64,000 bases of DNA from Eledone cirrhosa (GCA_964016885.1 OZ024758.1:26040001-26104000); one strand, 5' to 3'. Counted from the first letter of the stretch, positions 25,690 through 38,531 are shown. Notes: generated by a model not told the origin, from the sequence alone. Numbers and translations are program-made.

Positions 25690-25993
25690 TATATAGAGGT
25701 ATACATAACATGTAATAATGAATTTAAATGAATTTAAATACTGTAAAACTAATGACAATAAAAAGTAATTTTTCATTTCTGCGAAAGCAGAATGGAATCC
25801 TATACCGTAGGTACATTTTCGGCTTGTTTTTATGCTGCAAAGGAAAGAACCCCTTTTTTGGGCGCGTAAGAAGTAACCCAAGCCCTGAAAGAGACCACAA
25901 AAATTTCAAACTCAAACAATTTTTTTCTTCGTGAGACTGTTCGTATCTGCGGAAGTTCGTTCGTAAGTAGTATGTTCGTAAGTTGGGAACTTG
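24298..25993. mobile_element. Tigger/pogo-like MITE expanded by internal (TA)n, 24-bp and 22-bp satellites (24430-25705)
   Basis: Left end TA|CAGTAAGTCCCCGACTTACGAA; right end TTCGTAAGTTGGGAACTTGCT; repeated TTCGTAAG subterminal motifs. Internal units ATATATATAACATGTAATATAGAG and ATATATAACATGTAATATTAAG. Confidence 0.6.
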
Positions 25994-25999
25994 CTAATT

Positions 26000-26815
26000 T
26001 TGGCACAAGGCCAGCAAATTTGGAAGGAAGGGAAAGTCGATTATATCGACCCCCCCCCCTCTCCCTTTCCCCAGTACTTGATTGATATTATTAGTATCTT
26101 ATTGTATCGATCTGGGAAAGATGAGAGGTAATGTTGACTTCGGCGGTATTTGGACTCAGAAAGTAAGAACTGAAATAAATACTACTAAGCATTTGTCTGA
26201 TGCTCCACAGATTCTCTGCCAATCCATTGCCTTATGCCAGCAATATAATGGCTTCTGATTTAGGCACAAGGCCAGCAATTTGGGGAGATGGGAAAGTCGT
26301 TTAAATCGCCTCCAATGCATTACTGGTACTTTATTTTATCGACTCCGTAAGGATGAAAGGCAAAACTAACCTCGGCGGGATTTGAACAAGGGAACGCGAC
26401 TATATGTTGTCTGACGCTCTAGCGATTCTGTCAATCCAACTCCCTCATACCAGTAACTTTAGGCACAAGGCCAGCAATTTGGGGAGAGGGAAAAGTCGAT
26501 TACTGGTACTTTATTTTATCGACTTCGTAAGGATGAAAGTCAAAGTTAACCTCATGTTCCCTTACGTTCTGTGTTCAAATCTCGCCGAGGTTAGTTTTGC
26601 CTTTCATCCTTATGAGGTCGATAAAATAAATCACTGGGAGGAAAAGATAGGTAGAGAGACAAAGACAGAAGTAGTGAGTGACAGGAGACGAAAGATACCC
26701 GCTCAGGTTATCTTTGCCTTTCAACCTTACGGGGTTGATAAAATAAAGTACCAGTAATGCACTGGGATCAATTTAATCAACTTTCCCCACCCCTAAAATT
26801 GTTGGCCTTGTGCGA
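26000..26815. mobile_element. Cluster of nested, older SINE A copies and fragments in both orientations
   Basis: Repeated GGCACAAGGCCAGCAA, TACTTTATTTTATCGAC and GCCTTTCATCCTTA motifs. Confidence 0.8.
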
Positions 26816-27269
26816 AACCAATATATAAACATCTTAAAGAAGTTTCATAGATATTGTTGGATCATTACCAGAACAATTTATTGTTCAATAGTTTCCCCCT
26901 ACAATTATTGGTTGTGATAATCCTATTGATGTTTTTATCCCAATCTCGTCTTTTGTTGATTATTTATTACAATCACAAAATTTCTATTCGTAGGAAAATT
27001 CTGCTATTTATAAATCACTTGAGAATATTATAATGTTCTATCTAGATTCCTTCTAGATTCCTTCTAGATTCTATCTAGATTCTATCTAGATTCTATCTAG
27101 ATTCCTATCTAGAACCTTCCAAAACTTTCAATAATACGGGTAAAACAAAAAAGCCCTAACTATATAAAAGGGGACAACTAGGAAGTTGAATACATCCAGG
27201 AAGTGCAAACACAAGGTTCTTAAAACCTTCGCTAAGTACAAATCACTAGCCCCCCAACCCCTACGGACA

Positions 27270-27445
27270 ACAGGTCCGAACACGGAAGAGCCGAACTCCC
27301 ACCGTCATCACCTCCATCTCTCTAGCCCTAACCATCTCTCTGTATTATGAGCAAATGGGTCCCACGTGCTGGCCGCCCCACGGCCCCGGTGGACAGAATG
27401 GAGAAGGCGTTTCCCCGGAAGATGGTAAGGGAGATTCGCTGGAAG
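27270..27445 (+). mobile_element. Dispersed repeat family X (with an inverted partial copy at 27615-27668)
   Basis: Homologous to 5760-5905 and 23825-23987. Confidence 0.75.
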
Positions 27446-27703
27446 AGGAGAGAAAGTAAGAGAGAGGGTGTGAAAAAAATATAAAAGGACAAAAATGACC
27501 TGGGCGGGATTTAAACTGAAAGAATGGAGAGAACTGGAACGAATGCAGCAAAGCATTTTATCCCACGTTTTAAAGACTCTGCTTGCAAATAATAGTGAAA
27601 GCTGTGGAGGACGATAGAGATGGAGGCGATATCAGTGGGAGTTCGGCTCCTCTATGTCCGGACCTGGTCTACGTGTATGTGTATGTTTACCATTATTATT
27701 ATT

Positions 27704-28480
27704 GGCGGTGGATTGGCAGTATTGGTAGAGGGTCGGACGCCATGCTTTGACGCATAGAGTTACGGTCCTTGCCATTCTGAGTTCAAATCCCGCCGAGGTT
27801 AACTTTGCCTTTCATCCTTACGGGGGTCGATAAAATAAAGTACCAGTAATGCACTGGGTAATTGCTGGCCTTGTGCCTAAAATAGAAACAATTATTATTA
27901 TTGTTGTTAGGGCGGTGGATTGGCAGGATCGGTAGAGCGCCAGACACCATGCTTTGCAGCATAAAATTACGACCCTTTACTTTCTGAGTTCAAATCCTGC
28001 CGAGGTTAGCTTTGCCTTTCATCCTTACGGGGTCGATAAATAAAGCACCAGTAATGTACTGGGGTCGATTTAATCGACTTTCCCTTTCCCTTCAAATTGC
28101 TGTCCTTGTGCCTATAGTAGAAACAATGATTATGGTCATATTCTATTTAGAATAATAAACAATTAGCCGCCTATATTGGCATTATATGTTAGTGAGAAGT
28201 TGTTTATCTGTATTTCACTATTATATACATTAAATTAGGGGCGGTGGATTGGCAGTATCGGTAGAGGGTCGGACGCCATGCTTTCCAGCATAGTTACGTC
28301 CCTTTACGATCTGAGTTCAAATCCCGCCGAGGTTGACTTTTCCTAATTGTTTCTAGTTTAGGCACAAGGCCAGCAATTACCCAGTGCATTACTGGTACTT
28401 TATTTTATCGACCCCGTAAGGACGGGGTCGATAAAATAAAGTACCAGTAATGCCTTGTGCCTAAACTAGAAACAATTATT
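27704..28480 (+). mobile_element. Tandem SINE A copies (27704-27900, 27911-28130) and a rearranged copy (28239-28480)
   Basis: SINE A motifs; the third copy has its 3' part inverted and re-duplicated. Confidence 0.88.
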
Positions 28481-29919
28481 GTATACATTAAATACAATAC
28501 ATGTTTATTTTCAATATAGAAATAATAAAAAAGAAGGGATGGGGGCAAAGGGAATGAAAGAATAGGGAAATATAGAAAGAAAAAAAAGAGGAGAGAAAGA
28601 ACGAAGAAAAAGATCGGGGAGGGGATGGCAAGAGATCTGGTGTCGCAGAAGAGAGGGGAAGGGTGAAGGGGGAAGGCGATTGGGCTTTGGGCCTAGGGCA
28701 GAAATGCTGCGCCCCGAGGATAAGACGGCAAAAGCATTCCTCCGGACGATGGCCAGTGACACCCGCCTCCCTTTCTAATGCTACTAACTGAACGAAGTTC
28801 AAACGAGACCTAGTTTATGAAAGATAAATATAATTAAAATGTTTAAAAAAAGGAAAGAAAATCTTTTAATGTTGAAAATTCCTGGCTTGAGATTTTGTCA
28901 CATTGTTTTCAAACACTAATTAAACGAGAGCTAATCAAACACAATTTAATGCAGTGTGTTACTTGTACCCGCAATAACTTAATTAACTGTATTAATCCCA
29001 TAATTTCGTCCTCAGCGGTAATAGTCTGTAATAGTTTGGAGAAGGCTTTAAGAAGATGGCTACTTGAGTTAGGTATGTGATAAAATGTTGTCTGGTAGTG
29101 AAACCAGAATACACAAAATATTCGTCAACCCATAAAACACACAGAAATGGAAGATAATACGCATTCATAGAAACGAGCATACAGCCATAATTTACCTATA
29201 CAAACAATTTATACATGTGTGTGTATACAGAAACTTCTATATTTCTGTGAAATATAAATACTAGCTATAAACCGGTCTTAGTCTAGAAAATATCATAGTA
29301 ATGCTACGTGGTTCTATATAACAAAATGTTTGTTGTTAACAGCAAGATTTCTTCCTTTCTACATATCTAGACATAACATCAGCCCATTAAATGAAACATA
29401 CTGGAGTTATGAGGGTGATTTATTTTATTAAAATAAGGAGAAATAGTACAAAAGGCGCCATTATTAAGATTAAATTTTAAAAAATGTCAAATTTTCACTG
29501 TTACAACCATTAATCTTTGTATATGCTGTTCCTCTTTGTTATACATCTATAATAACTTCTACTCCTGAAATATGTACCGGATATGTTTCTGTTTAATTAG
29601 TCCTTAACAGCGAAGCATAATATCTAATCTTTACTGCCATATCGTAGATGACTAGTTTCGATATATAGAATCGTAATGTATGAACACTGAATAGTGGCAT
29701 GATGCGAGAAAATTATGGTTAATCATAAAATATCATCTAACAGATGAACTTCCAGTGGGTGTACAGTGATCATGAAAAGAACGAAATATTAGTATCAAAT
29801 AAGATCGGCTCAAATACGATCGTAGTACTGAAGGCTAAAACTCTTGAGCCTCTTTGTCCAGTATCCATTAGCTGCTTAAAAGTATGGTAATAAGGAATTT
29901 ACTACTATATGGGGAAAAA

Positions 29920-30215
29920 ACAAAGTCTAAAGTCTGTCTTAAGCCAGAAGGCTCATTTGGCCGGTGCTTATCCCGGTTTAATGGCGTGAAGCGACTCAGA
30001 GTACTAGACTCCCCCTGGAAAGGATGCAAGTCCATTGCAGAGTTAAGCCCCCAGCTATTACTGGTACTCATTTTCAGCTGAGTATAGTGGAGCAACGTGA
30101 AATGAAGTGTTTTGCTCAAGAACACAACACACAACCCAGGAATCGAACCCACGACATTACAATCATAAGTTCAACACCCTTACCACTAGGCCACACCACA
30201 CCTCCACAACAGACA
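29920..30215 (-). mobile_element. tRNA-derived SINE family B (CORE-like central domain)
   Basis: Minus strand: TGGCCTAGTGGT (A box), GGTTCGATTCC (B box), TGTGTTCTTGAGCAAAACACTTCATTTCAC core, tail ...GGCTTAAGACAGACTTTAGAC. Homologous single-headed copy at 46175-46455. Confidence 0.85.
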
Positions 30216-33075
30216 ACCCAGGAATCGAACCCACGTGATTAAGACCGTAAGTTCAACACCCTTACCACTAGGCTACACCACACCTCCACAACAGACAACC
30301 CAGGAATCGAACCCACGACATTACGACCGTAAGTTCAACACCCTTACCACTGGGCCACACCACACCTCCACAACATACAACCCAGGAATCGAACCCACGA
30401 CATTACGACCGTAAGTTCAACACCCTTACCACTAGGCCACACCACACCTCCACAACAGACAACCCAGGAATCGAACCCACGTGATTAAGACCGTAAGTTC
30501 AACACCCTTACCACTAGGCTACACCACACCTCCACAACAGACAACCCAGGAATCGAACCCACGACATTACGACCGTAAGTTCAACACCCTTACCACTGGG
30601 CCACACCACACCTCCACAACATACAACCCAGGAATCGAACCCACGACATTACGACCGTAAGTTCAACACCCTTACCACTAGGCCACACCACACCTCCACA
30701 ACAGACAACCCAGGAATCGAACCCACGACATTACGACCGTAAGTTCAACACCCTTACCACTAGGCCACACCACACCTCCACAACAGACAACCCAGGAATC
30801 GAACCCACGACATTACGACCGTAAGTTCAACACCCTTACCACTAGGCCACACCACACCTCCACAACATACAACCCAGGAATCGAACCCACGACATTACGA
30901 CCGTAAGTTCAACACCCTTACCACTAGGCCACACCACACCTCCACAACATACAACCCAGGAATCGAACCCACGACATTACGACCGTAAGTTCAACACCCT
31001 TACCACTAGGCCACACCACACCTCCACAACAGACAACCCAGGAATCGAACCCACGACATTACGATCATAAGTTCAACACCCTTACCACTGGGCCACACCA
31101 CACCTCCACAACATACAACCCAGGAATCGAACCCACGACATTACGACCGTAAGTTCAACACCCTTACCACTAGGCCACACCACACCTCCACAACAGACAA
31201 CCCAGGAATCGAACCCACGACATTACGATCATAAGTTCAACACCCTTACCACTGGGCCACACCACACCTCCACAACATACAACCCAGGAATCGAACCCAC
31301 GACATTACGACCGTAAGTTCAACACCCTTACCACTAGGCTACACCACACCTCCACAACAGACAACCCAGGAATCGAACCCACAGGCCACACCACACCTCC
31401 ACAACAGACAACCCAGGAATCGAACCCACAGGCCACACCACACCTCCACAACAGACAACCCAGGAATCGAACCCACGACATTACGATCATAATTCAACAC
31501 CCTTACCACTGGGCCACACCACACCTCCACAACAGACAACCCAGGAATCGAACCCACGACATTACGATCATAAGTTCAACACCCTTACCACTGGGCCACA
31601 CCACACCTCCACAACATACAACCCAGGAATCGAACCCACGACATTACGACCGTAAGTTCAACACCCTTACCACTAGGCCACACCACACCTCCACAACAGA
31701 CAACCCAGGAATCGAACCCACGACATTACGACCGTAAGTTCAACACCTTTACCACTAGGCCACACCACACCTCAACAACAGACAACCCAGGAATCGAACC
31801 CACGACATTACGACCGTAAGTTCAACACCCTTACCACTAGGCCACACCACACCTCCACAACAGACAACCCAAGAATCGAACCCACGACATTACGACCGTA
31901 AGTTCAACACCCTTACCACTAGGCCACACCACACCTCCACAACAGACAACCCAGGAATCGAACCCACGACATTACGACCGTAAGTTCAACACCCTTACCA
32001 CTAGGCCACACCACACCTCCACAACAGACAACCCAAGAATCGAACCCACGACATTACGACCGTAAGTTCAACACCCTTACCACTAGGCCACACCACACCT
32101 CCACAACAGACAACCCAGGAATCGAACCCACGACATTACGACCGTAAGTTCAACACCCTTACCACTAGGCCACACCACACCTCCACAACAGACAACCCAA
32201 GAATCGAACCCACGACATTACGACCGTAAGTTCAACACCCTTACCACTAGGCCACACCACACCTCCACAACAGACAACCCAAGAATCGAACCCACGACAT
32301 TACGACCGTAAGTTCAACACCCTTACCACTATTCCACACCACACCTCCACAACAGACAACCCAGGAATCGAACCCACGACATTACGACCGTAAGTTCAAC
32401 ACCCTTACCACTATTCCACACCACACCTCCACAACAGACAACCCAAGAATCGAACCCACGACATTACGACCGTAAGTTCAACACCCTTACCACTATTCCA
32501 CACCACACCTCCACAACAGACAACCCAAGAATCGAACCCACGACATTACGACCGTAAGTTCAACACCCTTACCACTGGGCTACACCACACCTCCACAACA
32601 GACAACCCAGGAATCGAACCCACGACATTACGACCGTAAGTTCAACACCGTTACCACTAGGCCACACCACACCTCCACAACAGACAACCCAGGAATTGAA
32701 CCCACGACATTACGACCGTAAGTTCAACACCCTTACCACTAGGCCACACCACACCTCCACAACAGACAACCCAGGAATCGAACCCACGACATTACGACCG
32801 TAAGTTCAACACCGTTACCACTAGGCCACACCACACCTCCACAACAGACAACCCAGGAATCGAACCCACGACATTACGACCGTAAGTTCAACACCCTTAC
32901 CACTAGGCCACACCACACCTCCACAACAGACAACCCAGGAATTGAACCCACGACATTACGACCGTAAGTTCAACACCCTTACCACTGGGCCACACCACAC
33001 CTCCACAACATACAACCCAGGAATCGAACCCACGACATTACGACCGTAAGTTCAACACCCTTACCACTAGGCCAC
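30133..33075 (-). repeat. 82-bp tandem array (~36 copies) of the SINE B tRNA-like head
   Basis: Plus-strand unit CAGGAATCGAACCCACGACATTACGACCGTAAGTTCAACACCCTTACCACTAGGCCACACCACACCTCCACAACAGACAACC; two deleted units near 31380-31440. Confidence 0.95.
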
Positions 33076-33129
33076 GGGAAAACCGACTGTAAAATACAGA
33101 AAGAGATGTTGAAATATTATTTTATTCTT

Positions 33130-33760
33130 GGTGGATTGGCGGGTTCATTAGAGCATCGGACAACATGCTTCGCAGCATTTAGTTGCGCCCCTTTACTTTC
33201 TGAGTTCAAATCTCGCTGAGGTGACCTTTGTGTTTCATCTTTCAGGGGTCGATAAAATAAAGTACCAGTAACGCATTGGTGTCGATGTAATCGATTTTCT
33301 CCTCCCCACAAATCGTTGGCCTTGTGCCAAAATCAGAAACCGTTCTTCTACTTATTTCAGTCATCAGACTGCGGCCATTCTGGGGGCACCACCGTAATAC
33401 ACTCAAACTCAAGGCAACGTTTCTACTTCTTGTAATTCTTATTTGGGGCCTTTAATTTACAATATAGGCGGTTAATTGACAGAGTCGTTAGAACGTCGGA
33501 TAGAATGCTTTATGGTTTTTGTTCCGGCTCTCTGAGGTCAAATCCAGCCGAGGTCAACTTTGCCTTTCATCCTTTCGCGGTCAAAAATAAAGTACCAGTC
33601 TAGTACTGGGGTCGATTCTTCCTCTATCTGGAAAAAAATCAGCTGTACTCAGGCCTGCAGAGGGATGGGCTCCACCAGGTTTAAAATGCCCAAGAAACGC
33701 TGTATGTCAATACAGCGCCCCCTACGACTCTATCAGGAGTTACAAGACCATATATATACA
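33130..33760 (+). mobile_element. Two older SINE A-related copies (33130-33340; 33467-33760 with a different tail)
   Basis: A/B boxes and the GCCTTTCATCC core; the second tail is shared with 43310-43620 and 52745-53052. Confidence 0.75.
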
Positions 33761-34651
33761 TATTTACAATATACTTTTGCTAATTTCCTATAATTCTCTC
33801 CTAGCTCCTATCACGTGATATGTCTCAATACTATAAAGAATGTTAAATCTACGGTGAGCTGTTGTTATATTTTTAATCGTTAATTTTCAACTAAAAGTAA
33901 AAATTCAACAAGACAACAATAATTTCCTTTTTTACCATAACTCCCTTCACCCAACTTTTCTGTTTTTTAATATTCAAAATCCTTCTTAACAGGTTCCGCA
34001 CATATTGATTCTGGTTCAGTTACAAGTAAAATTACTCGAAAGCACAATATAATCTTTCACTTCCGTAAAGTTTGCTTTATTTCTAAGGTCAATAAAAGAT
34101 CAAGCTCAGATTATATTTACGTGAGGTTCAACCTGTCAGGTGTGTTCTGGTCATAAATTCTCAACAACAACAAAAATAAAAGTAATAAAAACATTAAATT
34201 GAGAACAAATATTTTCACAAGCTTATACTAAAAAGAAATGATAAGTAGTGTTTTTATTAACGCTAACCGGGAACATTATTCGCAGTGATCAAATATAATC
34301 CATAAAATTTGAGGTCGTCTGCGTCGGTAAGAGTAATTTTAGTAAAAAAAAAGTAAAAAACCGCTTTACGTTGGTAAGGCGTGAGGAAAATAAATATCAT
34401 GGGAGCTTTTCCAATGAAGATTTTGTGCTGTCTAGTCATCTTGGCTTCCAACAGATCGTCACTGATATAAAAGGCTATGTTCAAACAGTAATAAGGCCAT
34501 AGGGTATAGGCCAATTATATGTTTCGTCTTGAGTTACATCCAACACAGCTAAAGGGAACTTAATTTATTCATGGCAATTCTTAGAATATCATATACATCT
34601 CACAACTGCTTGTCTCCCATCGCTAAAAGTTGCACATTAATCTGTAAATGA

Positions 34652-34696
<45 letters not shown>

Positions 34697-34742
34697 GGGT
34701 TCAATCGGAGGTAACCACAGTGAGTAAGGTACTCAATACATT

Positions 34743-34912
34743 AGTAGAGTGAATACAACAAATCTAATATAGAAATAGTTTCTACAGGACTAAAGCTTTT
34801 TCATTCGAAGGAAATGATCAGGAAAGCCCTCTCCTAATGATTTCCTTCGAATGAAACAGTTCTAGTCTTGTAGAAGCCATTTCTATATTACATTTGTTGT
34901 AATAGACTCTAC
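34743..34912. repeat. Imperfect fold-back next to (TA)n with a hammerhead-like core
   Basis: AGTAGAGT...AGGA / TCCT...ACTCTACT arms; CTAATGA-TTTCCTTCGAAT-GAAACAG at 34834-34859. Confidence 0.75.
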
Positions 34913-34941
34913 TTATATATATATATATATAGAGAGAGAGA

Positions 34942-35140
34942 GAATAAGGAAAAGCGAAGTAGTTTCAGATGTTCAAGTCCTTTAATAATAATGCTGTGAT
35001 CTTATTATGTAACAAGCTGTCTGATGATGACACGACACTCGCACACAGAACAGTGTGGCCAGTGTCGTCACTGAAATATTTATCACAGCATTATTATTAA
35101 AGGACTTGAACATCTGAAACTACTTCGCTTTTCCTTATTC
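34942..35140. repeat. Inverted repeat (~57-bp perfect arms) enclosing a hammerhead ribozyme motif
   Basis: GAATAAGGAAAAGCGAAGTAGTTTCAGATG...GCTGTGAT and its reverse complement at ~35082-35140. Confidence 0.9.
35016..35089 (+). ncRNA. Minimal type I hammerhead ribozyme candidate
   Basis: Stem I GCTGT/ACAGC, core CTGATGA, stem II ACGACACT/AGTGTCGT (imperfect at its base), GAAA, short stem III ATA-TT-TAT, cleavage triplet ATC (after 35084). Confidence 0.65.
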
Positions 35141-36064
35141 GATATTTACTCCGTCACTCCTATGTGGAAAAAGTACGTTGAGTGCTTGAATTGCATCAAT
35201 ATTTACCCTAATATATATATATATATATATATATCTTAGGGGTTATCAAAGTATTGCGAGCGTTTGACTTTCGAAAATGTGAGAATCCCAAACGCAGAAA
35301 TAACAGTTATAACAGTCGATCACTGTAAATAATAGTTGAGAAGATTAAGTAAATTACACTTAGAAACGGAAAGAAATGACCAGGAGTGTCTCTGTCCATT
35401 TTCCCCCCATCTCAACCGTTACCTATAGTGATTGACTGTTATTACACTCCACCATACCCGAGAGTATATCGGAACAAATCAGTCAAATACAAGAATTCTG
35501 TAAAGCAGAATAATTTCTACTTTAGTCACAAGACCAGCAATTTGAAGGGGAGATGAGAGTCGATTAAATTGACCCCAGTACTTACAGAATTCTTGTCCCG
35601 AATTCCAAAATACAGTATTTGACTGGCCTGTTACAATGTAGTCTCGGGTGTGGAATTTTGAGCTTTATTTAATTCTAGATAGTAATTATCACGTGAAAAG
35701 ATCAACAGGACGTCATGATCTTGGAAATAGAACACAGACGACAGACTCCTTGCAAATTAACGATATTTTTGTTTACAAAAATATTCTTTTTTTTTTTCCG
35801 TTGATTCTGGAAATTATTTTCTAAGTCTAAGAAAATATACTCTTATCGCCTTCTTTTTATAAGTTCTTTGGGGCGAAACTAACAGGTAGGAGACGCAGGG
35901 GTAGACCCCGAGCAAGATGTTTGGATAACATCCATGAGCTTGGCTGGTCACACTTAGGGATCCAGCCGGATCAATTGGAGAGACGGTTTCTTCTGACAGG
36001 ACCCGCTGGGTGGAGTGTTTGATGACTCTGCCCCCACGGCCCTCACATGAATAAGTGGGCGAAG

Positions 36065-36095
<31 letters not shown>

Positions 36096-37997
36096 TAGGG
36101 AAGGGGGAGCAGTTCCTATGACTATTTTAGGCCCTCACAGACTGGTAATGCTGTCGCTGCATAAATTGGTAAATAGATATTGTAGCAGTGCAATCTAAGT
36201 ACATCGTCGGTGATGGCAACTTTTTTATATACCATCCCGCCAGTCATAAAATGTCTTATCTGATACTTTTGTGGGACGTCTCTCTCTATATATCTATCTC
36301 TCTCTCTATCTATCTATCTATCTCTCTATCTATCTCTCTATCTGTCTCTCTCTCTCTCTCTGAATATCTAACACTTTAATTATATCTCTCTTTGTTTAAC
36401 GGCCTATCACTCTCTTTCTGTCTCTCCCTCTCCCTCTTTTTAGATGTGTGTGTGGGGGGGGGGGGTAGTTTTCGTGTGATTCAACCAATAAACATCTTTC
36501 TTTTATATTATATATAGATAATAGTTTTATATTGTTTTTAGACAAAGCTTATTTTGTTCGTTACATCTCTTATTCATAACTATTCACCACTTCCTTAATC
36601 TTCAGAATTTATTCTATTGTTTATGTTTTCCTTTTTAGCGTTCTCTCACTATTTAGTAGGATTTCCTCAAGATTTCCTCAAGAAAAATTTAAATTGCTAG
36701 TATGTAGAAAAATGAAAACCTTAAAAGTTTTGTCGCAGTAGGATTTTAAACAACTGTCTATGTATATGTTAAACAGTTGCCGATTAAGTTAAACTGTCAC
36801 TCATTGTATGAGGGAGAGATTTTACTGTTTGGTAAATAAATAACCAAATATTACCGCAATATTTCAAAGGTGTTTCTCGGGTAAGCTAAAGAAATAAAGG
36901 CCAAGTGAAAATCCTCCTGGCGTTTTACTAATCCGTAAGAGCTATAACAACAAAAGTAGATCTTGCATTATCGGAGAAAAGAAAAAAATGGTCATAGCAG
37001 GAAAAGCTAAACGTAGGCTAGTTTACATTTACAATCTTTTGAAGTTAAATCCTTCTAGGATCTCTTTGATTACTCCGAGTTGGTTTTGAAGATTTATTTC
37101 ACAGCAATCTCTCAAGGAAAAGTATTCATTTTAATGTTATGTTTACCTTAATGTTCTGTTGTTACTGAATAGAGAAACGGTGAAGTAAATATCAAGTAGG
37201 AGGAAGACTGAATACGTTTGTTTTTCATTTCAATTACAAAAGTTGAAATATATTTCCACTCATTTCTAAAGTTATTTTAAGATTTAATGAATATCATGTA
37301 TTTACAATAAAAAAAAAATAATTAAAAAAATCAAATAAACCCGGGAGATGATACGTAGAATACTAATTAGTTTGGGTGTTTTTTTTCACTTAAAAGTTAA
37401 AAGAGGAAATATAGTAACTATTTCTGAATAACTAAATATATTTAACAGAATTACATCAAAATAATAAAGTATTTAACATTTAGTCAAACATAAATAAAAA
37501 GAAAGTATTATTGGAAAGGACTACAAATGCTATAAATGGGAGGAAGAGGGGGGGGGGGGGGGCAAGGATTATTAAGCAATGAAAGAAAGAAAAGAGGAAG
37601 GAGAGAAGGTGACAGACTATACACCTAAGTCAGAGTGGTGTTTCGGCTGCGCCCCGTGGACAAAATGCTAAAGGCATTGCCGAGGACAACTACTAGTGAC
37701 ACCCGCTACAACAGCCATCCCACCTCGTGGGGCTCTTTCCTCAGACTGACAGCTGTCATTCCGATTTTACAGAAGATGTTAGCTGTACGGTCTCGGGGGA
37801 CGCCTGAGGTCTCGACGGCGACCAGGTGTATTATACAAAGCATATCTATCTATATAGTACTAAAACTAGAGAGAGAGCGAGCTGGTGGTGTTGTTGAATG
37901 AAATTACAACCGGTGACCTCAAAGAAACGAATACAGCATTACTGTATCCTGCTAAATAGAAAGGGTTTCTAAGTGTATATGTGTGTGTGTGCGCGTG

Positions 37998-38046
<49 letters not shown>

Positions 38047-38242
38047 TTTCTGAATTTGTTTAGCAAGATTCTTTATCTGAAAACGTGTGTTGAAACCGAT
38101 ATTGTTATACTTTGTTGTGTGCTTAGTTTGCGCATGTGTTCCATCCGGGTGTCTGTGTGTGTTTTTATTTGTTTATTTATTTGTTTATTTACATGTTACT
38201 GGTTGGTTGTTTGTTCTGTGTGTGTGTGTTTTCATTTTGTCC

Positions 38243-38531
38243 TTAATTGTAAGTTGTGATGTTGCTGTTCCATTCATGTTTTCTATTTAATTTTGGTTGG
38301 AGTTCATTTATGTTTATTGCTTCTGTGATTTGTCTAAATATTGCATCTTTTCTGTGTGTAGATTCTATTTTTATTTCTATGTTCTCTAATTTACCCTTAT
38401 GTTCTATTTTAGCATGTTGGTAGAGTATTGATGAGTCTTTTTCTATCTTGAAGCTCTCGCCAGTGTTCATTTAACCGTTCATCCTATACTACGAGTTGTC
38501 TCACCTATGTACACTATATTCTTATCTTTAC
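38243..38531 (-). pseudogene. Penelope-like element GIY-YIG endonuclease C-terminal remnant
   Basis: CKDKNIVYIGETTRSIG*...SSILYQHAKIEH...RQITEAININELQPKLNRKHEW, the PLE GIY-YIG motifs. An inverted pLTR segment lies at 38532-38760. Confidence 0.85.

Noticed and set aside
25806-25885. Possible upstream exon of the CBM14 gene (GLGYFLRAQKRGSFLCSIKTSRKCTY, phase-1 end)
   Set aside because: Phase-compatible, but it lies inside a probable Tigger-like MITE and has no recognisable protein features.
27355-27445. HDV-like ribozyme in repeat family X
   Set aside because: P1/P3-like pairings can be drawn, but no P2 partner or correctly placed catalytic C was found.
30133-33075. tRNA gene cluster
   Set aside because: Acceptor and anticodon stems do not pair convincingly, and the units are contiguous with a SINE body.
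34263-34514. 83-aa minus-strand ORF
   Set aside because: Non-ATG start, no clear splice sites or recognisable motif; may be UTR.
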